Positions 51,901 to 61,461 of a stretch of 64,000 nt of DNA are shown one piece after another. The number at the start of each line of letters is the position of its first letter. Positions within the stretch are counted from its first letter, which is position 1. The stretch is from an uncultured Planctomycetaceae bacterium (GTDB lineage Bacteria > Planctomycetota > Planctomycetia > Planctomycetales > Planctomycetaceae), in the NCBI GenBank assembly GCA_963976765.1, contig CAXBME010000006.1:124001-188000 (forward strand). The letters run 5' to 3'. The notes beneath the pieces are model-generated. The model was not told the DNA's origin and searched no databases. It saw only the letters and a list, made by a program, of their open reading frames with translations. A program made the translations under genes and the position numbers.

Positions 51901-52022
51901 ACCAGCTTTTCACAGAATCGCAGCCCCACCATGCCGTTGCCGATAACAACGATCGTCTTGCGGTCTTCAGGCGAAGCAGTCTCGACAGCGGGCTCTGTAA
52001 CTTCGTCAGCGGGAGAAATCAT
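48963..52022 (-). CDS. nirB: NAD(P)H nitrite reductase large subunit fused to NirD Rieske-type small subunit
   Basis: GNGMVG, GGGLLGLEAA, ICSCNNV..GTGCGGC, KSCVGSTWC, SGCVRECAE siroheme/FeS motifs; C-terminal NMCPH...VACPLH Rieske. Confidence 0.95.
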   Translation of the reverse strand: MISPADEVTEPAVETASPEDRKTIVVIGNGMVGLRFCEKLVEFDTAKQYRIVTFCEEPRAAYDRVGLTSFFAHRDAQKLMLARMEWYKQNGVELHLGDRASEIDRDDKVVRSTKGIEIAYDSVVIATGSYPFVPPIPGVDKRGVFVYRTIEDLEHIIEYSKKSKRCAVIGGGLLGLEAAKAALDLGLETSVIEYNGRLMPRQIDDAGSRILVKKIEALGVNVLLNKGTKEISGDGHVEQMTFNDDSTLDVDMIIVSTGIRPRDEIARESDLEVGERGGIQVNDRLQTSDPDIYAIGECALHGGMVYGLVAPGYDMAEAVAANLTGGDRHFNGTDLSTKLKLMGVDVASFGDYESGPDKATPLSFEEPFSGVYKKLLFSLDGKRLLGGILVGDAAEYGTLMMMSKADQDLPCAPHELIVGSSSGAPLDNIDGMPDAAQICSCNNVTKGDICKAICDGELDSVGAVKMCTKAGTGCGGCMPLVTDLFNSEMARAGKEVTNHLCEHFAYSRSELFAIVKVKRLETFSQVMAECGQGNGCEICKPAVTSILASLWNENILEDAHQTLQDTNDRFLANVQRGGSYSVVPRVPGGEITPDKLVVIGETAKKYGLYTKITGGQRIDMFGANVQDLPDIWERLIDAGFESGHAYGKSLRTVKSCVGSTWCRYGVQDSVGFAIRIENRYKGVRSPHKIKMAVSGCVRECAEAQGKDVGLVATDNGYNLYVCGNGGATPRHADLFAADIDEETAIKYIDRLLMYYISTADKLTRTSVWLEKLEGGLDHLREVIIEDSLGLCGELEAQMQNLIDNYQCEWTRVVNDPAQRARFRQFVNTEEEEPVIEFVSQRDQSRPADWNDELTSLEFFGELKEREETLLNGDGANLMAQTRWVQVGTVENFPHDGGATIKYGKSQIAVFNFSSRGEWYASQNMCPHKKAFVLSRGIVGDQSGTPKVACPLHKKTFSLETGKSLQGEDYDIRTFPVKVEDGNVFLELPPTEILDELLATEIGCRMATSCLTKSHETVGV

Positions 52023-52048
52023 GGACGTAATCCTATGGGTGAGAGCTG

Positions 52049-52266
52049 GTTCCTACGCTCCGCGTGAGAACCCACGCTCGGACGCTCTGCGTCCACGTTC
52101 GGCGGAACTGTCTATGTTCTGGGTCGATCTTGTTCCTACGCTCTGCGCGGGAATGAACTTCCGGACGCTCAGTATCCCGTCCGGTGAAATCTCTTATTTG
52201 TCTCTGTATTCACTGTTCACGACGCAAAGCTGAATATCCCGTTCCCACGCGAAACACAGGAACGAG
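52049..52266. repeat. Cluster of degenerate REP-like palindromes (GTTCCYACGC..CGTGGGAA and GACGCTCTGCGTC types)
   Basis: gttcctacgctccgcgtgagaac 52049, gacgctctgcgtc 52081, gttcctacgctctgcgcgggaat 52132, gttcccacgcgaaacacaggaacgag 52241. Confidence 0.7.
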
Positions 52267-52285
52267 GGGAGGATGGTCGCAGCGT

Positions 52286-53656
52286 TTACGTGGTTGCTCC
52301 GAGCAGTTCGCCCTGACGGCGAGCTGTTGATTCCTCGGTATGAATGCGTGCGTCAGTTTCGGCTTCCGTCGAAAAGCGAACGGTGAAGGCCAGGAAGGCT
52401 GAGCACGTCACAAGTGCTCCCAGAATCAGCAGAGCCGTTGGCCAGGTCACAGCAGACGTCTTGAAAAGAAATCCGGCAGCGACTGCTCCAGCGTTTCCAC
52501 CGGCACCAACGATGCCAGCAACAGAGCCAAGAGCTTTTCGATTGATGAACGGCACGACCGAATAGGTCGCTCCTTCAGACATTTGAGTAAACAGACTGAA
52601 GACGATCAGCGTTGGAATGGCCAGAGCCAGAACGCTCATCTGCGAGAAGACCATCAGGGCCAGGCCTTCACAGAACAGCGCGATAAACAGCCAGCGAACT
52701 CGCCCCTTGAGGCCCCACTTCTCGCCGAAGCGATCGCCCAGTGCTCCGCCCATCGTCCGAGCGAACAGGTTCATCAGGCCAAACAAACCGGCAATCAGGC
52801 CAGCGGTCGAAACCGCTTTGACGGGGTCTATCGACTTGAAGTAATCAAAGTAGTCCAGAAAGTAGAGAGCCGCGACGTTGTTGATGGTCAGCTCGATCCC
52901 GAAACACGCCCCATAAATCACGAACAGAGCCCAGACTCGAGAATCTTTGCACGCGGCCAGAAACGAACCCTTCACCTGCTGCTTGGGAGGCATCTTTCCG
53001 GTTTCACGAAGTTCGCGGAAGTTGCCGTCGGGTGCGTCCTGCGTGAAGAAAAAGTAAGCAACACCCATAGCCGCACAGGCAATACCCGACACAAACATCG
53101 AAGCCCGCCAGCCGATCGTTTCGCTGAAGCCGATGACTCCGACGAAAAACGCAAACACAACAGGCATCACCATCTGCGTGACTCCGCCGCCCAGATTCCC
53201 CCACCCGGCCGTCGTCGCGTTGGCTGTGCCGACACAGTTCGGAGCAAACATCACCGACGTGTGGTACTGCGTGATAACGAACGACGCTCCAATCACTCCG
53301 ATGAGCACTCGGAACAGCAGGAAGGTTTCAAAACTCTGAGCAAAGGCGATTCCCATCACCGGAATCGAACCAAGCAGCAACAACCCGGTGTAGGCGTATC
53401 GAGGACCGATGCGGTCACACAACCAGCCGATGAACAGTCGGGCGAGCACCGTAATCGAGACCGAGCCAATGATGCACCAGCCGATCTGCTCCTTAGTCAG
53501 TGACATCTCTTCCCGCACAACTTTCATCAGCGGGGCGATGCCGAACCAGGCGAAGAAGCAGAGAAAAAATGCGAACCACGTCATGTGGAACGCCCGCATT
53601 TGAGGAGATTTGAAATCCAGCAGAGAAATTCGAGTGGCTTTGTTTCTGAGTTCCAT
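52286..53656 (-). CDS. narK: NarK/NRT2-family MFS nitrate/nitrite transporter
   Basis: AFHMTWFAFF, GTANATTAGWGNLGGG nitrate signature, FGIELT, NLFARTMGG, GAGGNAG. Confidence 0.93.
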   Translation of the reverse strand: MELRNKATRISLLDFKSPQMRAFHMTWFAFFLCFFAWFGIAPLMKVVREEMSLTKEQIGWCIIGSVSITVLARLFIGWLCDRIGPRYAYTGLLLLGSIPVMGIAFAQSFETFLLFRVLIGVIGASFVITQYHTSVMFAPNCVGTANATTAGWGNLGGGVTQMVMPVVFAFFVGVIGFSETIGWRASMFVSGIACAAMGVAYFFFTQDAPDGNFRELRETGKMPPKQQVKGSFLAACKDSRVWALFVIYGACFGIELTINNVAALYFLDYFDYFKSIDPVKAVSTAGLIAGLFGLMNLFARTMGGALGDRFGEKWGLKGRVRWLFIALFCEGLALMVFSQMSVLALAIPTLIVFSLFTQMSEGATYSVVPFINRKALGSVAGIVGAGGNAGAVAAGFLFKTSAVTWPTALLILGALVTCSAFLAFTVRFSTEAETDARIHTEESTARRQGELLGATT

Positions 53657-54066
53657 TTTCTGAAGCTTTCGAGTGTGTTCCGCTGTTGATTGGTCTTTAA
53701 TTGGCTGAAGGAGGACACGAGCAACATGAAGGCTGCGCGCACGCCGGCCCCACAGTCAGCGTGAGTTCGCTTCTGAAAATCACCGCAAACGAATTGCGTC
53801 TCAGTGCGTCTTTCAGAAATGTTTGAGCGAGGCTTAGGTCGCTGAGATGATCAGGCTTGCTGGTGATTCAACTTCCTTGAACACCAACCTGAAAACTGCT
53901 GCCAGCGAGCGCGCTGAAGAAATGCAGTTGTCAATTCAACCGTGCGAACTGATCTTTGGTGGAAAATGGACCGGACCATGTGTTTCCTTTCACACAAAAC
54001 GTCAGGACCAGGATGGTCTGGAGAGCGAGTCCAAAGACATCCAGAATTCTTCGTCGCCACATGACA

Positions 54067-54083
54067 AAGCAACGGTCGTGCCA
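54067..54083 (-). promoter_or_regulatory. Sigma54 (-24/-12) promoter of the nitrate assimilation operon
   Basis: Minus strand TGGCACGACCGTTGCTT matches TGGCACG-N4-TTGC exactly and points at narK. Confidence 0.8.
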
Positions 54084-54198
54084 CTTGCCTGCTGCTGCTT
54101 CTCGAACTTCGCTGTTCCCGAAGAATTCGTCGCCTCATAACGGAAACGGGCGATTTCACGGGCGAAATTTAGTCTTCAGGTGCAGCAGTCTGTCACTG

Positions 54199-54220
54199 GA
54201 CTGCGCAGTTCTGCGCAGTC
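54199..54220. promoter_or_regulatory. Palindromic candidate enhancer-binding-protein site (NtrC-like UAS)
   Basis: gactgcgcag-tt-ctgcgcagtc perfect 10-bp IR, 116-137 bp upstream of the -24 element. Confidence 0.5.
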
Positions 54221-54411
54221 TTTGAACACAAAAGACGTCGGTTCGCTCCGTCGTCGGTCGCGACTCGACTCAGAAGATCTCAGGCGTGATAACAGACGTG
54301 CGGAGACAGTAAGCACAGCCGTCTACGAAGTGAGCAGCAATTGTCAGTAGCGTGATCACCAGCAGGCCGATCAACTATTGCGGCGTTTTAATCCAGAGAT
54401 GAGAGCGATAC

Positions 54412-54452
54412 AAAAAAAGCCGCTTCGCACCAGGAATGGTCACGAAGCGGCT
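54412..54452 (-). terminator. Intrinsic terminator after the DUF1571 gene
   Basis: agccgcttcg...cgaagcggct 10-bp stem with A7 on + strand (U tract on -). Confidence 0.75.
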
Positions 54453-54523
54453 GAGCGTTCGGGCAGCAATTCAGATCCAAGCCACGTTAAGACTTAGCAA
54501 ACGAGCCTGAAACAAATTGCTGC

Positions 54524-55357
54524 TTAGAAATCGTAGGCAGAGTTTTTGACGTCAAAGTCGCTGTCCGTCAGACCGCTGTTGGGTTGGACATTCAAGTAGG
54601 TGTACTGCTCAAGAATCGGCGCCTTGGCACCGGTTTTAGCCGGAAAGTCAAACTGTTCGACTCGGACCGGGAAGGCCGTCTTTTTGTCGACATAGAGCCG
54701 GGTCATGTGGAATTTCACACCCTTGTGCTTAGTGTCGTAAGAACTTTCGAAGACTCGGCATTCGACGTCGGAAACCTTGGCGTTCGGGAAGTATCGAACC
54801 TGGACGTCGGGAACGTTCAACTCGGAGTTCCACTGGGCAATCGTCAGCTCCAGCAGATTTCGCATGCCGATATTCGTGATCGGGTAGCGACTTTCTTCGA
54901 GCGCTCGATCACCGCTTGGATCAAGTTCGAGTGTTCCAACGATGGCTTCAATACCGGTGCCGTGAGCCAGCATCTTGTCGTTGTTTCTCCCGGCGACAAA
55001 AATTGCTTCTCGACCCTTGTGCGGGTTTTCGTAGCGAAGATAAGCACTGAACGGAGTTTCGCGAACCTTCAACGAAAGCTGATGGTTAATTCGATTCTTG
55101 CCAACCATCTCTTCCTTGAAGAACGAGGCTGTGTAGTCCTTGACGTCGTCGAGAGCTCGTCGGCTCTCAACAGCCAGTCGCAGGCCCGGTGCCAGCGGGT
55201 GTGAGGTTCCACCAATGCGAATCGCCGTTGCAATTCGTTCGTCTTCAGCCTTCAGCAAACCACTGGGAAGTGCCACCGCCATGGCTCCGCCAGCCAGCAG
55301 GCGCCCAATGGCCTGACGTCGATTCAGGCCGTTCGCTTGTGTGTTAAAAGTTGTCAT
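54524..55357 (-). CDS. DUF1571-like exported protein
   Basis: NRRQAI twin-arginine-like leader; DYTASFFKEE, KVRETPFSAYL, GREAIFV, SRYPITNIG, LEQYTY..N..L.D.DF motifs. Confidence 0.8.
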   Translation of the reverse strand: MTTFNTQANGLNRRQAIGRLLAGGAMAVALPSGLLKAEDERIATAIRIGGTSHPLAPGLRLAVESRRALDDVKDYTASFFKEEMVGKNRINHQLSLKVRETPFSAYLRYENPHKGREAIFVAGRNNDKMLAHGTGIEAIVGTLELDPSGDRALEESRYPITNIGMRNLLELTIAQWNSELNVPDVQVRYFPNAKVSDVECRVFESSYDTKHKGVKFHMTRLYVDKKTAFPVRVEQFDFPAKTGAKAPILEQYTYLNVQPNSGLTDSDFDVKNSAYDF

Positions 55358-56401
55358 CGTCTATTTCCCTCTTTCCGCTGCAAGAGTGGCTTTCCCTGCC
55401 GCTGCTTCAAAGCAGTGGCCTGATTGACTGTTGACCGCTCATCTCTCCATTGAGTGGTCCCTCGGAGAAGTCCCGTCCCAGACACTTCTACGTTTCCATG
55501 GTCCTGTATCGTCCATCAGGATGTTCTGATTCGACTGAATCACGACCTGAGCGGGTTTCCGAACCACGTTTATCAGACAGAAATCCTCATAGCCGATTCC
55601 GCCGAATCGATAAACATCCAGTTCACGAAATTTGCGAAGGTACGCTCAACTCTGCGAGAAAAGCACACCCCCGAAGTGAAAGACTACTCCGGAGCGTTCA
55701 GATCAATCGCTCCACCTGGATGCGTGGGTTGTTCCGGCGAGTGCTCAGTTGATCGATAAAACCAGTGCATCCCGTTTGGCGGTTGCGGCGTCGGCGCTGG
55801 CATCGCTCGCCTGAGAAATCCCGACGATACCCAGAGTCGTGCCTGCAATCGCGGTCCCGCCGGCCGCCTGTATACCGAGTGAAATAAGAATAAGACTGAG
55901 CGAACCGACTTCACTCTGGCCGCGAATCTGTCGCCGACCAGTCACGATCACAGCGTTAGTTTTGCGTTCTTCGGAGCGGCACCATGTTTACAAATGCGGA
56001 ACACTGAAACACCGCCGGTATGAACGATCTGATAAACGCCACGCACTCAACATCGACTATCGGACCCAACCCATCTGAACTGGACGCGATGCTGTTTGCG
56101 AAGCGGTAGTATCGTTCCTGTTGTCAAAGTCGACGGCATAGTCGACAGAACCCAAAAAGTTCACACCCCGAAACAGGCTCGTTCGGTGGCTTCCTGCGTC
56201 GATTGAAGCGACTTTGCCGATTGCACCCATGATTCATGGGCAACGAGGCGATCCCCGAGTTGAGCCGCCAGGAAATTTCATCGCTGTTGAGTCGGCGAAG
56301 GAATCTTCAGGGGCTAATCTGCATTCCGAACTCCAGTCAACTCAATCGAACGGCGCGGTCCATTACCATTTTTGACGCCCCGCCGACTAAGCAGGCTTAC
56401 G

Positions 56402-57571
56402 ATGACACTCAGCACTCTCCCACTCAGTTATTGCACCAACGTCCATCCGGGGTTAACGGTCGAAGAAGTCGAAGCCGGTCTGCGTGAAAACACAACCGCT
56501 GTCCGCAGACAAGTCGGCGAACTCGCAGCGGGACTCTGGTTGGCTCGACCGGTCGCTTCCGAGCTTCTGGAAAGCTCAGACAGGCTCAACCGTTTTTCAG
56601 ACTGGCTCAATGAAGCGGGACTGACGTGCTACACGCTCAACACTTTTCCATTCGGAAACTTCCATGACGCACGTGTGAAGGAAAACGTCTACCTGCCGGA
56701 CTGGACTCGCGATGATCGCATTGACTACACGCTGGACAGCGCGCGTATCCTCGCAAAACTGATGCCCGACGACGGAACGGAAGGCAGCCTGTCGACCGTG
56801 CCGCTGGGATTTAAGCCGTTCGACTATCCGGCAACTTTTGCCGACGAATGCGCCGGGCGGCTGATTACTCTTGCCAAGTCGCTCAAGCAGCTCGAAGAAG
56901 AAAACGGCAGAAGGATTCGCCTGGCGATCGAGCCCGAACCGTTCTGTATTCTCGAAACAACCGCCGAAACGATTCAGTTCTTCCGCCGGCTACGCGAACT
57001 GGCTGCAGACGCCGGATCTCTCGACGCCGTGAACGAATACCTGGGTGTCTGCTACGACGTTTGTCATCAGGCCGTCGAGTTCGAAGACGTTGCCGACTCG
57101 ATCCAGCAGCTTGTCGACGAGCAGATTCGGATCAACAAAGTTCACATCACCTGCGCGATCCGCGTCGAGAATCCAGGCGAAAATGAAGACGCGCGGCAGG
57201 CACTGGCGAGGTACGTCGAACCAAGATACCTCCACCAGACGATGGCGCAATCGATCGACGGAACGATTCATCGACAGGTCGACCTGACTGAGGACACGGC
57301 ACTCTCGCCACCCGATAAATTTGCATCAGCGAAAGAATGGCGAGTTCACTTTCACGTGCCGGTCAATGCTGAATCACTCGGCCCATTACAGACAACTCAC
57401 GGTGACCTCAAAAAGGCATTGGCCGCCGTCCGGGATCTGGACTACGCGCCGCACCTGGAAGTCGAGACTTACACCTGGGAAGTCCTGCCCGACGGCCAGC
57501 AGACAAAGCTCGTCGACGGCCTGACGGCAGAAGTCGAAGCGACGAGAACGCTGCTTGACGACCTTACCTGA
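56402..57571 (+). CDS. eboE: Metabolite traffic protein EboE (TIM barrel)
   Basis: LSYCTNVHPG, TLNTFPFGNFH..VKENVYLPDW, EPEP, CYDVCHQAVEFE, EPRYLHQ, WRVHFHVP, EVETYTW. Confidence 0.9.
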   Translation: MTLSTLPLSYCTNVHPGLTVEEVEAGLRENTTAVRRQVGELAAGLWLARPVASELLESSDRLNRFSDWLNEAGLTCYTLNTFPFGNFHDARVKENVYLPDWTRDDRIDYTLDSARILAKLMPDDGTEGSLSTVPLGFKPFDYPATFADECAGRLITLAKSLKQLEEENGRRIRLAIEPEPFCILETTAETIQFFRRLRELAADAGSLDAVNEYLGVCYDVCHQAVEFEDVADSIQQLVDEQIRINKVHITCAIRVENPGENEDARQALARYVEPRYLHQTMAQSIDGTIHRQVDLTEDTALSPPDKFASAKEWRVHFHVPVNAESLGPLQTTHGDLKKALAAVRDLDYAPHLEVETYTWEVLPDGQQTKLVDGLTAEVEATRTLLDDLT

Positions 57572-57628
57572 GTTCGGAAAAAGCGACGCAGGCTGACAAT
57601 GTGCTTAGCGTTTCGTCCGGACTTGAGC

Positions 57629-58864
57629 TTACGCGCCGTCGTGCTCCATCCACTTGAGCACGAGTGAAAGCTGACTCGGAAGCCAGTCTTTCAAAGTGTA
57701 GATTCCATGACCAAGCACAGCCTGTCGAGCGGGGCCGAAACGGGTCAATTGAGATGAGTCGTAGTTGACAAGCAGGTTCCGACCGTCCGAGTGAAGCCTG
57801 GTTCGAGTCTGCCAGCGGGTGCACGTGACTTTCAGTTTTTCTTTCAGTCTTTGTGGCGTCGGCTCGGCCAGGCCTCTTTCGAGAAACGTCCCCAGCCTCG
57901 CATTATCCTGGCGATTCAGAGGCGGCGCGATGTCTGTTCCGGCGATGGCAAACGCCTGAACCCAGTCGCCGTGCTTTGCGGCAAGCACGTCGACGACGCC
58001 GGTCGTTGCTGCGGTGAAGTTGTCGCCCAGACTGTTGCCTTCGCAGCCGAATGTAACTGCCGGAATGATTGCCGCCGGGTCATCGTGATCTTTGATCGGT
58101 CGATGATGAGTGACGTGAACCAGCGACCGTAAACCGTCCGTATCCCAACCGTACCTGACCGGCGTTCCGAAAGTCACGACAAATACGGCCTTCGCCATCG
58201 GATGCGGAGTCGGCGTTGCTGCCAGGTTTTCTCGGGCAGCCTCACCAGCCGATCCTAATGAATCGCCTGCCGCATCAAAGAAGGCTTCGACACTCTGTCG
58301 ATCGTTGGCCAGCAGGTTAGAAAGAATCGCGAAGCCGTTGCCCGCGTGACTGTGCCCCCAGAGGAGCACTCTTTCGTGCTCAGGATCGAATCCGTCAGCG
58401 TGAAGCCCTGACAGCTCGTTAAGCAATCGTACGGCGAGTCCAGCGCGCGCGACGTGGTTGTTCTCGCTGCTCCAGGTTGGTTCGAGCCGGCTGATTTCCG
58501 GATCATCGCCGGCCAGTGTTTGAAACCGCTTTCGGTAACCATCACTGAAGTTGGCGACGTCGGCCGTGATGGCATCGGTCAGTCGTTTTGTCTGGCCGGC
58601 CAGCCGATCGATCAGAGGATGCACGGCGCGTTGTGCTAAAGCGGGCAATGTTTCAGCACCGGCCCGCATCATCGCATGAATGCCGAACGGATCATCCCCT
58701 GCAAAAGTCCCATGCACCAGCAGAACTCTACGAACGCCAAACTGCGTGTGCAGATGCCCGAAGTCGAGACTCTGCACGGCATCCCCATCCAGCGTCAGAA
58801 CAATCGGATCACAGGCTGGCTGCGTTGGGTAGGACTGATGCCGAAATCCGTTCTGACGAGGCAT
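57629..58864 (-). CDS. Hypothetical alpha/beta-hydrolase-like protein
   Basis: LVHGTF oxyanion motif, LWGHSHAGN nucleophile elbow, VTFGTP, C-terminal GHG. Confidence 0.7.
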   Translation of the reverse strand: MPRQNGFRHQSYPTQPACDPIVLTLDGDAVQSLDFGHLHTQFGVRRVLLVHGTFAGDDPFGIHAMMRAGAETLPALAQRAVHPLIDRLAGQTKRLTDAITADVANFSDGYRKRFQTLAGDDPEISRLEPTWSSENNHVARAGLAVRLLNELSGLHADGFDPEHERVLLWGHSHAGNGFAILSNLLANDRQSVEAFFDAAGDSLGSAGEAARENLAATPTPHPMAKAVFVVTFGTPVRYGWDTDGLRSLVHVTHHRPIKDHDDPAAIIPAVTFGCEGNSLGDNFTAATTGVVDVLAAKHGDWVQAFAIAGTDIAPPLNRQDNARLGTFLERGLAEPTPQRLKEKLKVTCTRWQTRTRLHSDGRNLLVNYDSSQLTRFGPARQAVLGHGIYTLKDWLPSQLSLVLKWMEHDGA

Positions 58865-58877
58865 AAATCACTCCTGC

Positions 58878-60293
58878 TCATGTGAGAGGCATGACCGTCG
58901 CCAGAATCAACGTCATCGCCATGCTGACGATTCCGAGGACAATCAGCAGCGGCGTCCACGTCTGCAAGGCTTCCTTCTCGGTCAGACCGCCCATCTTGGC
59001 AAAGATCCAGAAGCCCGAATCGTTCATCCAGGAACCGACCAGCGACCCGGCCCCGATCGCCGTCGCCAGATAAACGACGTCGTACGGCAAGTCGACTCCC
59101 TCGATCATTCCGACCATCATTCCAGACGTAATGATCATGGCAGCGGTACTCGACCCTTGAGCAATCTTCAGCACCGAAGCAATGGCGAACCCGAGGAACA
59201 GCATCAGCATCCCTTCGACCGATCCTGCGCCGAACGTTGATTCAGCCAGTTCCTTGATGGCGTCCCCAACGTGAGCTGCTTTGAGCATCGCTCCGAAAGC
59301 CGACCCTCCGGCGGTGATCAGGATAATGACGCCGCCACTCATCAACGATGTCTCGACGAGTTTCGCGACTTCCTCTTTCGACGGCTTTCTTTGTCTCACA
59401 TAAGTACGTAACGCGAGAACTGTTGATACCAGCAGTGCAAAACCTGGGTTTCCAAACACCGCTGTGTAGTGCGAAATTCCCTTCGCCGATTCAGCGAGGC
59501 TGCCCTCGGCGACGCTGGCAATTGAACTGGCCGCTGTGTGGCATGCAATCATGATCACGGGGAGGACCACAGGCAGCAACGATTCGAACAGTCCTGGCAG
59601 GTCTTCATCGGAGAAAGGCTCCGGCTCAACATGCCCCGCGACTTCTCGCATTTCAATCTTGTAGATTCTGTCAAACAGCCCGGCGACCCAAATGCCGGCA
59701 ATGGCTGCGGGCAACGCAACCATCGCCCCGACGAGAATCATCTTGCCAAGGTCAATATTCAGCGTCGCCGCCATCGTTAACGGACCAGGCGTCGGTGGAA
59801 CCAGCGTGTGCGTGATGGCTCCTCCGGCGGTGATCGCCAGAATGCATTTCAGATAGGCCTTTCCGGTTCGTCGGTAGAACGACCTGGCCAGTGGGACGAG
59901 CAGATAAAAGACCGTGTCGAAGAAAACAGGAATGGCGAGGATGTATCCGCTGCCCATCAGTGCCCACGGAGAACGTTCTTCGCCGAGCAGTTTCATGAAT
60001 GCTCGAACCACGCGGTCAGCGGCGCCACTGTCCATCATGCACGTTCCGATGACAGCGGCCAGCGCGATGACAATGCCGATGCCGCCACAGGCTGCTCCGA
60101 AGGCATCAGCAACACGCGAAATCGCGTTACTGGCCAGCTCCATTTCTCCCGTTGTCGAGTTCTTCTCAAACGCCATCAGGCTGACGGCCATCGCCGCTGT
60201 GATCAGCGCCAGAAATGCGTTGATCTTGAACTTCATGATCAGGACGATGACCAGGACAATCCCAATAGTCATAATGAGCAACGGGTGAATCAT
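58878..60293 (-). CDS. GntP family permease
   Basis: [53 protein letters not shown] before ATG 60293. Confidence 0.92.
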   Translation of the reverse strand: MIHPLLIMTIGIVLVIVLIMKFKINAFLALITAAMAVSLMAFEKNSTTGEMELASNAISRVADAFGAACGGIGIVIALAAVIGTCMMDSGAADRVVRAFMKLLGEERSPWALMGSGYILAIPVFFDTVFYLLVPLARSFYRRTGKAYLKCILAITAGGAITHTLVPPTPGPLTMAATLNIDLGKMILVGAMVALPAAIAGIWVAGLFDRIYKIEMREVAGHVEPEPFSDEDLPGLFESLLPVVLPVIMIACHTAASSIASVAEGSLAESAKGISHYTAVFGNPGFALLVSTVLALRTYVRQRKPSKEEVAKLVETSLMSGGVIILITAGGSAFGAMLKAAHVGDAIKELAESTFGAGSVEGMLMLFLGFAIASVLKIAQGSSTAAMIITSGMMVGMIEGVDLPYDVVYLATAIGAGSLVGSWMNDSGFWIFAKMGGLTEKEALQTWTPLLIVLGIVSMAMTLILATVMPLT

Positions 60294-60548
60294 CAGGGAG
60301 TCTCCTCGGAGGTTGATCGTCGATGGGAGAACGCGATAAGTACGATTGAAAACGGCCTTGTTGCCGCGCCGAACCAGCAGGCCCTGCCGCAGCGAAGCGA
60401 CCAATCGTACCGAGCCGCTCTCACGCATTAAACCGGTCGAGACTTTGCGGTACCGGTTCGGTCAGAATTCGGGGTTCCCCGCTTTGGTTAGTTCAACGAC
60501 GATCTGATAAGCCGCAAACTTCCTGATCAACTTCGAGCCTGTGAGTCG

Positions 60549-61409
60549 ATGACCAAAACTCCGCTGCCGATCGTTCTACTTATTGGCGAGTGTCAGTCGC
60601 CGCAATTTTGTCGCGCCCTGTCCGACGGGCAGCCGGTCAGTATTCTGCAGGCAACGCACACTCACCGAGTCCAGTCTCTCACGGCTGCCATTTCGTTGAT
60701 TGGAACCGGCGAGTTCGTTCCCGATCTTGTTGTCTCGTACCAGAGTATTCCTGACGAGTACTCCGCAACCGGGATCGATCAGTTGATAGGAATGCTGCCG
60801 CTCAGCCGGTTTGTGGTCGCCTTCAGTCCGTGGTGCGAATCGATCGGGCGGACCGAGCAGCGCTGGCCTTCCGCGTGGAGCGTTCCGCTGACTCACGCCG
60901 CCGCTCGAATTCGCTTTGAGTTGAACGAGCTTGCCGCCGACACGCCGCCGCTCCCGGCAACGTCGTCGCGCGACGAAGCGTTCCGAATACTCGCCGCTGG
61001 CTGCCTCGAAAGCACCAGCGAAATCGGACAGGGAAGGTCGGCGAAAGTAATTTCCGCAGACGTCCCACTCAAGGAATGCTTCGAGCAGATTCTGGTTTCC
61101 GTCGGGTTCGACGTGAAAGATCAAAAGCGACCGACCCTCTACGTCGTTGTGGCCGCGTTCATCGACGACGGCCAGCTTCACGAGGTCAAAGCAATTCACG
61201 AAGCACTGGCAATCCGACAGAGTTTCGACGCAACCAGCACCTCGGTCGCTATTCTCGTCGCGTCCGACATGGCGACTCCTGGCGACCGAATCAGATTACT
61301 CGAAGCCGGCGCAACGGCGGTCATTTCACAACTTCGCTTCGCCGAAGATCTGGTCGACCATTTTCGGAGTACGACCGCTTTGGAAGCACTTGCCGGAAAT
61401 AAGATGTAG
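60549..61409 (+). CDS. Hypothetical protein with two degenerate receiver-like domains
   Basis: PDLVV, WCES.GR and RLLEAGATAVISQ resemble CheY-like segments; acidic pocket not canonical. Confidence 0.6.
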   Translation: MTKTPLPIVLLIGECQSPQFCRALSDGQPVSILQATHTHRVQSLTAAISLIGTGEFVPDLVVSYQSIPDEYSATGIDQLIGMLPLSRFVVAFSPWCESIGRTEQRWPSAWSVPLTHAAARIRFELNELAADTPPLPATSSRDEAFRILAAGCLESTSEIGQGRSAKVISADVPLKECFEQILVSVGFDVKDQKRPTLYVVVAAFIDDGQLHEVKAIHEALAIRQSFDATSTSVAILVASDMATPGDRIRLLEAGATAVISQLRFAEDLVDHFRSTTALEALAGNKM

Positions 61410-61461
61410 CTTCCTGGCCGGACAGTCATTCGAACTGGCAGCATCTTTCAACAACGCGGGG

